DNA of 64,000 nucleotides from an uncultured Nitrososphaeraceae archaeon (GTDB lineage Archaea; Thermoproteota; Nitrososphaeria; Nitrososphaerales; Nitrososphaeraceae): the NCBI GenBank assembly GCA_963729045.1, contig CAVSMN010000018.1, positions 78,964 through 142,963 on the forward strand, given 5' to 3'. Position 1 is the first letter of the stretch, and the number at the start of each line of letters is the position of its first letter. Shown here piece by piece: positions 34,193 to 43,890 of the stretch. The notes under the pieces are model-generated. The model was not told where the DNA came from, did no database searches, and saw nothing but the letters and a program-made list of their open reading frames with translations. Position numbers and translations under genes: made by a program.

Positions 34193-34234
34193 GTCGTCAT
34201 GATTGGGATTAAGTTCCAAGTGGTACAGGGTTAG
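34193..34234 (+). repeat. Dispersed repeat, arm type A
   Basis: gtcgtcatgattgggattaagttccaagtggtacagggttag. Confidence 0.8.
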
Positions 34235-34738
34235 GATTGTTCTAATCATCCAGTTTGAAAGACAAAGATATCCCATAATGATTAGTACATACACCAACAT
34301 GTTTAATAACAAAATCCTAGTTGAGAAGTATTAAAGGCATCAGTATGATGCGGCGCCGTCAACACCATGATTAGTTTTCAAGTCTCATGCTTTTGTGCCT
34401 ATGACCAATGGAACAAGTAGTTGCGAAGCTATTGCATTTGACGATAGACACTTATCACATGAATGTAGCCCTCAATACTATTTCCCTAGGACATTGTAAG
34501 AAATTCGTAACTAAAGTTAATAAACGATATACCTAATTCATTAGAGAATTATGAAATAATCATTTATTCAATTATTCAAGAATATTTCATCTTTTTTGAC
34601 AATAATGATACTTAGATTAGAGTTTAGACCAAACTCATCGATTTGGCTAAATAATGAATAACAAATAGATCGATGTTAACAAGTTAATAAAGTATGAGCG
34701 AAACTTATGCTATCAAATTAATAGTTGCCAAGACCATG

Positions 34739-34764
34739 GTCCTCATCTGTGCGGATTAGTTCTC
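34739..34764 (+). repeat. Dispersed repeat, left part/core only
   Basis: gtcctcatctgtgcggattagttctc. Confidence 0.65.
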
Positions 34765-35232
34765 AATAAACCTTGTGGAATTTAATCTGAAATCCAAAAG
34801 TTAAAGATTGTTAATCAGAATCAAAAATTATTTTATTAGATGTGAATCAATCTGCTTTTGTTGAGAAAGAATCAGAGCCATAATAAAGGCGAAATGTCTG
34901 GAATGACAGGAATCTGAATTCTCGCCTAAATAAAATGTCAGGAATAACCTTATGTCATGCTTTTTCTTAAATCATGTTATAATTTGAAATCCGCAATAGA
35001 AAGAGAAAATGTCCGACCTTTCATTCTCTTTTCAAAATCAATGGATAACAAAACAACCCGAGAAGATTACACTTTTTGAATTTTCTACATGATCTGTCAT
35101 TAATAATGATAAAGAGTGATTCTAATAATAGTTGAGTTGAATAGTTATTGTTGCCCAAATGGTCTTGCCTGACTTATAAAACTCTGAGCCTATGCAAAGG
35201 CCATTGAGAAAGTCTTTATTGAAATTGTCTCT

Positions 35233-36360
35233 TTACTTGTTATCTTTGTATAGGTCCTTCAAAACTTCTACCATGTAATGTTTCATCTCATTATAAGAAT
35301 CTTCCAGCTCTTGTGTTCTCCTTTTTACTTCTCTTCTTAGAATAATATTCCATCGTCTGAGTAAAATTACTAAGATAGTAACAGCAATAATACTGGCAAC
35401 AATAGATAAAGAAACGATTCCTGTTCTTTGTTCGGAAAGAGCATTGTCAATCTTTGAATATATTTCTGACGTGGGAGTCACTATTTGAATAAAAAATGAA
35501 GATTGATTGTTTATATATGCAGGATACTGAGTGGTTAATCTTTCACCACGACCATAATCATAAACTGCGAAACCTGATTTGCCGTTTAATAAATTCCGAG
35601 TCGCATCGTTCAAGATTTTATTGTGATTGATAAATTCTTGTGTATAATTGCCAAAAAAGTTTTGTCCCACAAGCGTCTCGCTTGCGCCATTAGCTAGCAT
35701 GAAACCGTTTTTATCGTATACTACCAAAAACTTCGAACTAATATCTTGAATATTTCCATAGTGTGCAAAAAATGGTATTGTAGGTATCGATGTTACAATC
35801 ATCCCCATATATTGACCCGTATCTTGATTCAGGATCGGATAAGATATGAATTCTCTGAGTATCTGTTGTCTCTCAAAATCGCCATTAGAGAAGACGGGCA
35901 AGTGGCCACTTGTTGTCTGCTTTACCCAGTCTCTAAATGAGAAATCTTCGCCGAGAACAAATTCTGATGGTTGGGTAGATATAGTATTTACCATAACATT
36001 GTTCTTGTCCAAAATAAACAGGCTATCTATCGTAAGATTGTGTTTATTATAAGCGTCATCCAAAAGCTTTGTAGTTTTGTCGTCTCCCAATTCTCCTAGC
36101 TGTATATAGTGCGAATTTGTTAAACCATAGAGCATTGACATAACTAAGTTGATATCTGAGCCTATATGTCGAGCAATATCATTTGTAGCTTGTATCTGAA
36201 GCTCTTTTTGTTGTTCAAATACAGTCTTTTTTAGGTCCGCAGCAGTCATATTTTGGATATAAAATAATAAGCCATTTGAGCATAAGATAATTGAAATAAG
36301 TGAGATGATACCTATCTCTCTTTCTTTTCCCAAAAATATATCCATAATAAGTACCTGCAA
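35233..36360 (-). CDS. Membrane protein with extracellular Cache-type sensor domain, no kinase domain
   Basis: TM - (G.DFSFRDW, PVFS, YDKNG, G.AVYDYG) - TM - short coiled coil EVKRRTQEL. Confidence 0.75.
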   Translation of the reverse strand: MQVLIMDIFLGKEREIGIISLISIILCSNGLLFYIQNMTAADLKKTVFEQQKELQIQATNDIARHIGSDINLVMSMLYGLTNSHYIQLGELGDDKTTKLLDDAYNKHNLTIDSLFILDKNNVMVNTISTQPSEFVLGEDFSFRDWVKQTTSGHLPVFSNGDFERQQILREFISYPILNQDTGQYMGMIVTSIPTIPFFAHYGNIQDISSKFLVVYDKNGFMLANGASETLVGQNFFGNYTQEFINHNKILNDATRNLLNGKSGFAVYDYGRGERLTTQYPAYINNQSSFFIQIVTPTSEIYSKIDNALSEQRTGIVSLSIVASIIAVTILVILLRRWNIILRREVKRRTQELEDSYNEMKHYMVEVLKDLYKDNK

Positions 36361-36484
36361 GTAGTTATAGTCGGGTATTAATAATATTATGCAGAGTCCG
36401 CCGTGGATGGGCTACTCGTTCATCTATAATCAAAAATAATGTGGTCCGCAATAGAATCTATTTATTAGTTATTTGACTGTGATC

Positions 36485-37161
36485 GGCGCTGTTAACTTAG
36501 GCGTTTAGCACTTCCTTGTTGTGTATTTTTACAAAAAGATTCAACCAGTTTTTGACATGATTTAGTTTACACTTCTCTTTACTACATGGAAAGTAATCGT
36601 CAAATCCTTCAGTTCGATCCTTGAAATACTGCATTGTTCTTTCTATCAGGCTTTTCTCTAATGAGGAATGAAAATGGTGTTTTAGTTTTAGGAATCTACA
36701 AGCTATTGGGTACCATGTTCCCAATCTGTAGATATAGAATGTTTTCCATGAATCTTGACCAAACCTGAGAGAAACCTTTCTGCTATTAGCATGTTCCTCT
36801 TCTTAGATATGGATAGTGCGAGAATCTGCCTATTTTCTGGCTCGATTGCTGCCCATAACCAGGTGTATTCAGAGCCGACTTTTATTAATGTCTCATCAAT
36901 GATGTATTCTGATATTTTTGTTCTTCTTGTTGAAAACCTTTCGAGGTTTATACTTTTAAATCCAATTCCAAATTGCAACGTGACTTCTATTGATAACATG
37001 TAAAAAGGACAATGCTTTGACAGAATTTCTGAGCGATAAACCAAGAAAGTACAAATAAAGACCATGGTAAATATGCTCTGAAGATATTCTCTTTCTTTTA
37101 CTTAACATAACAGAAATAAAGCATCTTTAAGCTAAAGATTTATAGTTAAGTTAACAGGATC
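36485..37161 (-). mobile_element. Degenerate IS6-family insertion sequence
   Basis: Transposase 37108-36497 (IIDET..KVG, W.AIEP, STD, IER) with stop and frameshifts; terminal IRs sharing ctgttaactta; 8-bp flanking direct repeat ctgtgatc/ctgtgatt. Confidence 0.9.
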
Positions 37162-37198
37162 CTGTGATTGATTTTCCTTTGTATTCTTTACAATACTT

Positions 37199-38723
37199 TT
37201 ACCATCCTAGAGCCTTTGCCGACTTTACTGCAGCATCATCAAGCGCTTGTTTAGGTTCTTTTATATCATAAAAAACCTCCTCTAATGCTTGTCTTATGTG
37301 TTCAGCAATATCTTGATACTCTGGAATATTAGGTCTGCTTCCTCCAGTAGGAATGATTGAAATCATATCGTCATAAAATGGAATAGATTTTCTTAAGTGA
37401 TCCGAATAGGAGGTTGCACCTTGCCCCAGTGTTATCTGTGTTGGTAGAAATCCTTGCTTAGCTAAGCCAAGGAGATAATATTTCTGGCTCTAACAATTGT
37501 TCAATTATTTCCCATGCTACATTCTTATTGGAAGAAGTCACCGGAATGCTAATCACCCATCCACCCATCAATGTAGAGTTCTTAGTTTTATTATCAGGCA
37601 CTGGAAACATTGGAATAAATCCTATATTGTCAATCTGTTGTCCTGTTAAATTGGACCATTTACTGGGCATCCAAGATCCTTCAATCATTACTGCAAATTT
37701 CCTGTTAGCAAATTCATCTCCAAAGAAATGTTTTTTCTGTGGTATAATATCTGAATCAACCTGAGTTTTGATAAATTCCATGGCTTTAACCCCTGCTGAA
37801 CCATTATAAGCTGGAAACCAATACGCACCTTTAGTTGGGTGGCCACTCTTTTGTTTAATTATTTCTCCTCCAAGCTCCCATAAGTAGGGATACCATAGGT
37901 CAGGAGAATGACTAGCCCCTGTGAGGTGAACTCCTTCCGTTCCCTGCGGTCTTAGTGCTGTATTAAGCTTTTTAGCAGCGTCAATATATCCCTCCCACGT
38001 CATTAGCATAGAGGGCTCAATGTTAGCTTGTTTTAATAGGTCCTTCCAATACCATATTCCCCTCACGTCAGTTTCATACCAAATACCATAAGGTTTGCCT
38101 TTATAGATACCACCAGCCCAGTTTGATTGATACCATTCAGAGATCCTCCCCCATTTTTCAGTATAATTAGTAAGATCTGTTAATAATCCCTTTCCGGCAA
38201 ACTCTCCAAGCCATATCTGGTCTAATGATATAATATCGATATGAGTACCATTTGATATTGTCTTCAACATTTCATCTTTAGTAGCATTATGAGTCAGATC
38301 ATGAAGTTCGATATACTTTAGATTGATGTCAAGGTCAGGCTGATTGATTTTTAATTTATTGATAGCATCAACCAATAGTTCCTTCACCATATCTGCTTTG
38401 CCCATTTGGTTAAAAAGGGCTGTAATGGTTACATTCTCTTTTGGTTGAGGAGCCCCAAGAACATAATAAGAGGATGTTTTAAACTGATCCAATTGTAACA
38501 GCCCTGCTGTCACAATAATGAAGAGAAAAGTTATAATCATCAAGTATTTGATTTTTTTCATTAAGGATGCAGCGTATGTCTTCTCATACAATGACATTCT
38601 CTCTCTAAAAATTAGGTAAATTTCTTTGTCTTGTGTATTTAATTTATGATCTAGGTTTAGGAATTTATTGAAAAAATTATTGTGAGGATTTTCAAAGGCT
38701 GACTCTACCATGAATAGTAACAA
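37199..38723 (-). pseudogene. Sugar-type ABC extracellular solute-binding protein, +1 frameshift at ~37464
   Basis: D.I.LDQIW.GEFA..G.L.DL, TW, MIEGSW, GGW; frame resumes AKQGFLPTQ...RP.IPEY...ALDDAA..LGW*; start probably ~38561-38597. Confidence 0.8.
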
Positions 38724-39635
38724 AAATTACAATGCTTATAAGGTTTTTTGTTTCATTCAAATTCCGATACAAAATCGAACAGGATATTAATTATATAATA
38801 AAGCCTAGAACTCGTTGCTGATTCTTGTGTGTAACCCGATAGAACTTAATTTGCAGGCAGGCAGGATCAATAGATGTTACAAACAGAATTATGAATGCTT
38901 AAAGATGTAGAGTATCTAATGAAGAAAAATCAATGTAGTTTCCTATCTCTGTATATCACTACAATTGGAAGCCTAATACATATTCTAACAAGTGGAATTG
39001 TGAGCTAAGTTGGTATCAGCTAATTAGGGATATATAATAAGATAAAAGAAAAAAAATCCTAGTAAATAATAATATATCTAGTCATGGTAAAGTACATGGT
39101 AGTTTATACCATTGCAAGCCATTTCATGCTCTTAAAGTAAGGCATAGATTACTCTTTGGTATTTCTTATATGGAGACAAGAGAAGATATATTTGTAACAA
39201 TTCAATAGAAATCTAGTTTAACGTACGATTATATCAGCTGTCTTAATAAGGGTCTATCAAATAGGGTAAAAAGTTTAATCTATTAATATCATAACCCACG
39301 GGAATCGGCGGTAAGAAATAATGTTCCATTTGGAGAAGTCCTTGCATACACCCTCTTTTTTTCTCTGTCAGAGATAAAAAGGAACAATCTTCTTCTCTGA
39401 TCAATTCTTTCCAACCTCTAACTGAAGATCTGGAAGGAATGCGATAATATGTAGAATCGACCTCGACAAATTTGAAGAATTTTGAGTATTAGGGTAAATA
39501 ATCCTTATTATCCATAATTCTTGGTTGCTCAAAAATTATATTCGAATATTAATAGAATTCATGAATTCAATATTTTCTTTAATTATTTCAATTTCAATCA
39601 ATATTTATAAGTTTGATCAATAGTATGATTATTCA

Positions 39636-40030
39636 TTGAAATTACTGACAATCGATGACAACACCGACATCACTCGCTTATTGGCGGGGTATTGTAAGAG
39701 GGATGGAAATTGATTGTAAGGAGGTCAATGATGGTCAAAAGGGATTGTTTGAGATTCAAAATCGGCATTATGATCTAATATTTTTGGATATTGAAATGCC
39801 ATTTTACACAGGATTTGATATATTAAGACAATTGAAAAAACAAGGTGTGCGACATAAATGCATAATAATATTAACTGGATCCAATTTGAAGATAGATGAT
39901 ATCGCTGACTATATAGATGTTGGAGTCAGAGAAATCCTTAAGAAACCAATAGGATTGGATCAATTTGATAAGGATTGTGAAAAGTTATCTGACGAATGAC
40001 AAGTGGTCGATTCATCAAGAACACAAATAA
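39636..40030 (+). pseudogene. Stand-alone response regulator receiver protein, +1 frameshifts at ~39708 and ~39973
   Basis: MKLLTIDDN.DI in an upstream frame; YDLIFLDIEMP..TGFD, ILTG, KP. Confidence 0.75.
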
Positions 40031-40176
40031 CCTATTTGGGAGGTTATTCTATATCTTTGTTAACATAAACCATATCATAGCGAGTCGAGCCCACTAACCA
40101 TCAGTCTCACATGTCATTTTAACGCATTGTATTAGATTAAGTCAACCACTGATTACAATTGTGAACTACATCCTGT

Positions 40177-40584
40177 TCAATTGAACATGAATGTGCATAA
40201 TGATGTCCTACTATATCCCATGGGAATGAATTTATTCCAATCTTGTATTATTTTGTTAAATCCAATTTGTATTTCAATTTCTGATTCTTTGCTTGACTGA
40301 CAGATTTGAAAACCTCCATCATTGATACTGTTGTTTTCGACTTGTACAGATGTAGTCAGTGTGCCATGAACTATCTTGAAATTGTTGAAAATGAGACTGA
40401 GAATAATTGGTTCAATTGTTGTTATATTAGATGAATTGGATGACGCATGATGATATAGTTTGGGGACTGAAAACAATCCATCAAATCGTTGTTTGTCTTC
40501 TTTACAGAGCTCTTTTCTAAAATCTATCCATTCTGATCTTTCAATGTCTATCAACATTCTGAATGAGGAGACAGAACAATCCAT
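40177..40584 (-). CDS. Small helical protein resembling the PolB2-operon-associated family; C-terminus possibly truncated
   Basis: SFR.....E..EW..FR..L...DK..FD.LF..P.LY..AS pattern. Confidence 0.55.
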   Translation of the reverse strand: MDCSVSSFRMLIDIERSEWIDFRKELCKEDKQRFDGLFSVPKLYHHASSNSSNITTIEPIILSLIFNNFKIVHGTLTTSVQVENNSINDGGFQICQSSKESEIEIQIGFNKIIQDWNKFIPMGYSRTSLCTFMFN

Positions 40585-41480
40585 CAGGCTCCACTCAAAT
40601 TAACTAATCTTGTTGGTGAGAAGCTTAAGCTTTTATCCCTGTCTAGATGTGCCAATTGTTCGGTATTCACGCTATTTATAGATCTGTTGTTCCGGCATGT
40701 TATTTGTTCTATTTTAAAAATCTGTTCGTTCTTATTTTTATTCTTATCCGTAGAGTACTTTATGTTTATAGCGTTATTGAATTTGAATGCTATAGGATTG
40801 TCCTTAATATTTTCACAATCATCGCAAGTTAGAATTACGAAATATTTTACTGAAAGACCAATCAAAACGTCAATCATTTCATGGACTATTCTTATATTCA
40901 CTTGAATAGCATTTCTTGATGTTTCTGAATAACCATTATTTTCAAATTTTTTCATTCTGCTTTTTACATTCGAAGAAACCAATGTATCGAACAAGTCCAG
41001 TATAATGATCTGTAACTTGTTACCTATTTCTCTCACCATCTTGGGAAGTTCATAAATTAACATATTAGCCAATTGGGAAAATGTGAAGGCTCTACTAATG
41101 ATAATCCCATCAAGGATGCTGTTAATGTCTATTTCTTTCTTTATTGCTTGATTAACTAAATTGATATAGAAACATCCTAGATTATTACCGCTTCCTGCAT
41201 CTATTAGAATGGTTCTTTTCTTTTCAACTTTATTATCTTTATCACTTGTTTTAGATGAATGATAATCAATGCAAATTCTTGCAATAACACGATTTAAAAA
41301 ATTGCTGCTTTGATGGGATTGATTTTGGATACAAATGTTTTTCTTATCTGAAAAAGATAAGAGTTTATCAATCTCAGGTACTTCAAATAATTTCCTGTTT
41401 ATGTCATTAAATTCATCAAAGGCAGTACAAAAATTATTATCTACATTGTGATTGTTCTCTCGATAATAGTATGCTCGCAA
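40584..41480 (-). CDS. Divergent, probably inactive RadA/RecA-fold protein
   Basis: I..ID.LL, ILIDAG.GN, I.ISRAFT..QL; no intact Walker A. Confidence 0.55.
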   Translation of the reverse strand: MRAYYYRENNHNVDNNFCTAFDEFNDINRKLFEVPEIDKLLSFSDKKNICIQNQSHQSSNFLNRVIARICIDYHSSKTSDKDNKVEKKRTILIDAGSGNNLGCFYINLVNQAIKKEIDINSILDGIIISRAFTFSQLANMLIYELPKMVREIGNKLQIIILDLFDTLVSSNVKSRMKKFENNGYSETSRNAIQVNIRIVHEMIDVLIGLSVKYFVILTCDDCENIKDNPIAFKFNNAINIKYSTDKNKNKNEQIFKIEQITCRNNRSINSVNTEQLAHLDRDKSLSFSPTRLVNLSGA

Positions 41481-41759
41481 ATTAACTTTTTACATCTCCG
41501 TAAAGTTATTTTAGACAATTTCCGTTCTAGTTGATAAACGTTTGAAGATTTTTCGGATTGGCTTTGTTGTATTAACGATGGGCAATTTTATTATTTTTTT
41601 TGATTTTATCATACAATTATATGTTATAACATGTTAATATATGTTACGCAGCGTAATACATGTATTTACTATGTTGCAATTCCTGTGTCACTATTTTCAT
41701 AAAATTAAATCTGGGTAAAATTAATTAGTTATTTTTTGTTTCTTAATACAAAAAGTAAT

Positions 41760-41917
41760 TTGATACCTTTCTATCTCTGAACGCCAACTATCAAGGAAAT
41801 CATAAGAGAAGAGGATCTCGCCTCTTCGAACCAATGAGTGGTTATAAAAAGGCCGGTCAACTATTGAAAATGTAGACCAAAATCTAAGCCAAATATGTTG
41901 AGTAATGCGACAGAGCA
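41760..41917 (-). mobile_element. IS5-family transposase 5' fragment with one end
   Basis: YNHSLVRRGEILFSYDFLDSW N-terminal motif; GCTCTGTCGCATTA IR-like end. Confidence 0.7.
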
Positions 41918-42005
41918 CTAATGATAGCTAAAACTGATAGATAGCAATCATCAAATACAATTGATAGAAATAGACAAATTTAGAGAAGGCGAAATCTAAA
42001 CTGAT

Positions 42006-42287
42006 ATGACAGCCATGAGTGCTATTCATGTTGTTTCCATTAGAGATTTTGTTTCAGCGGATTTAGATATTAAAAAAAGTGCGATGACTTTTGTTGAAAA
42101 AGAGGTTGAGTATGCCCCTTCAGATGATATTATAATTGATTTTTCTAATGTCAAATCAATTACTCCCGAATTTGCCCACCAATATTTGATGAGTAAGCGC
42201 AAAATTAAAAAGGAAATTCACGAAGTGAATCTACCTTCACATGTGGAATCGATAATCAACAAAGCACAGAAATCTATCAATAAGTAA
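42006..42287 (+). CDS. STAS-like (DUF4325-type) small protein
   Basis: IIIDFSNVKSITPEFAHQYL..K, EVN. Confidence 0.7.
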   Translation: MTAMSAIHVVSIRDFVSADLDIKKSAMTFVEKEVEYAPSDDIIIDFSNVKSITPEFAHQYLMSKRKIKKEIHEVNLPSHVESIINKAQKSINK

Positions 42288-42853
42288 TATATTCTCTCTT
42301 GGCACTTAGATATTTTTAATATTATTAGATTACATGAATTTCTAATTTACTCGTACATTTGAGGATTCTTTACATTAGGCTTAAAATCTTTTTATAATTG
42401 ATATATTCATGACTCTCATTGCAAGCAATAACAATTTGGACGCTTAAATAAAAGTTACAAAGAAGCAATGCTTAAGCTCAATGACAAGGCTTCTTCACAA
42501 TTTAAACAAAATATGGATAATATGAGAGTAAAGAATCCTCAAACTGAAGATGAACAGATTTCAACCAGGCCCGGTGGGATGTTATTTAAAAATGAATGAA
42601 ATCCTTCTAATTTAAAAACAGGTATCCTATGATTTTGATAATTGATCAATTATCTCATGATATAGGTGAGCATATTCATCAAAAAACATAGACTCGGTGG
42701 GCTTAATTTCAGTATGGCATAAAGGGACAGCAGTTTTGGCACACATCCTACTTCTTATTTTGGTAATTTGAGTTATAAATTGAGAGTTGTTATCATATAT
42801 CTACGCGTACTAACCCTTTAGAGCATATGGAAGATAAAATGAGGGGACAGTCC

Positions 42854-43109
42854 GTTTCAATCCTTGTTCTATTGGAATAGTCTTTCATAGCGCATGGTTC
42901 GTTATTATCCATTTTCTAATCCCATATCCCTAATTTTACCAATGATAATGCTATTGAAAATAATCCAATATAGAGAAAAATGACAAACCAGATAGCACCA
43001 TCTACTTCTTTTAGTCTCTTCATTTTATTCATTTCATCTGCTCCTTTTGTATATCACCATTAAATATATCAAGTTTCAATCCTTGTTCTATTGGAATATT
43101 CTTTCAGAG
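42854..43109 (-). CRISPR. Two orphan CRISPR-type 37-bp repeats (42854-42890, 43073-43109) separated by 182 bp
   Basis: GTTTCAATCCTTGTTCTATTGGAATA(G/T)TCTTTCA(T/G)AG, 35/37 identical; minus strand ends ATTGAAAC; no cas genes recognised in window. Confidence 0.65.
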
Positions 43110-43636
43110 AGCCTAAGTAGGCGTACAATTGAGCACAGTCTACATCATTTTTTACCATTATCCTCAGATGCGTCATCGGTATTAGCTATTTATGAGACCC
43201 TATTTAAAGATCCAACGCTCCATATTTTCCTATAACAACAACTAACGCACTTATTGCCAAAGTTTTGATAGAAGTCATTTAATAATAATTTGATTGACAA
43301 GATGCTCTTATTGTCACAAAGGACTTAACTCTAGTTATATCAGAGTCTGCAAAAGAATCTTTTAGGAAAGTAGGTCTAGCACAATTAGAAAATTTATTTT
43401 TTCAACTTAATAATTATGAAAATGATGATCAGATCCTAGATACAAAATATGTTACTGCTGACACTGATGAGCTGATTTTAGAAGCTTAATTTATCTAAAT
43501 AAAAAATATATTTTTTATTTCTCTTGTTTACTGTATTTTCCGAAACTCCTTAATAATACAATCTGCACGTTTGTATTTTAATTCCATTTACAAAACTTTT
43601 GATAAGCGATATTTCGTCAATTCCGCAAATATCATA

Positions 43637-43655
43637 AGTGGTAGTAGGGTTCTAA
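43637..43655 (+). repeat. Dispersed repeat, right arm (A) only
   Basis: agtggtagtagggttctaa, exact match to consensus 3' half. Confidence 0.7.
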
Positions 43656-43890
43656 TACCTTAATGATAACATATTTCTAAAATATTATTTTTCATAAGCT
43701 AGCCCAGGGGGCATTACAATAAACTTATTTTGAGCGTAATTTTGTTTTGTGTTAAGATCAAAAATAACTGAATTTTCAAATCGAACTTAAGAGGTTTTGG
43801 GTCGGATACGTAAAAGGGGGAAACAAATACTACGAAAAGTTCAAGTTAAAGATTTCATAAATAATTAAAATAAATTAGATGATGCATATT

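Noticed and set aside
38832..38868. Possible minus-strand copy of the dispersed repeat (rc ...aaattaagttctatcgggtta)
   Set aside because: Only ~10 bp match; not counted, but it would weaken the strand-bias claim if an HMM accepts it
42691..42720. Further weak repeat-like bits (also 11895, 39294, 43701, 46023)
   Set aside because: Too degenerate to distinguish from chance by eye
43160..43490. Coding-like remnant beside the CRISPR-type repeats as a cas fragment
   Set aside because: No recognisable Cas motif
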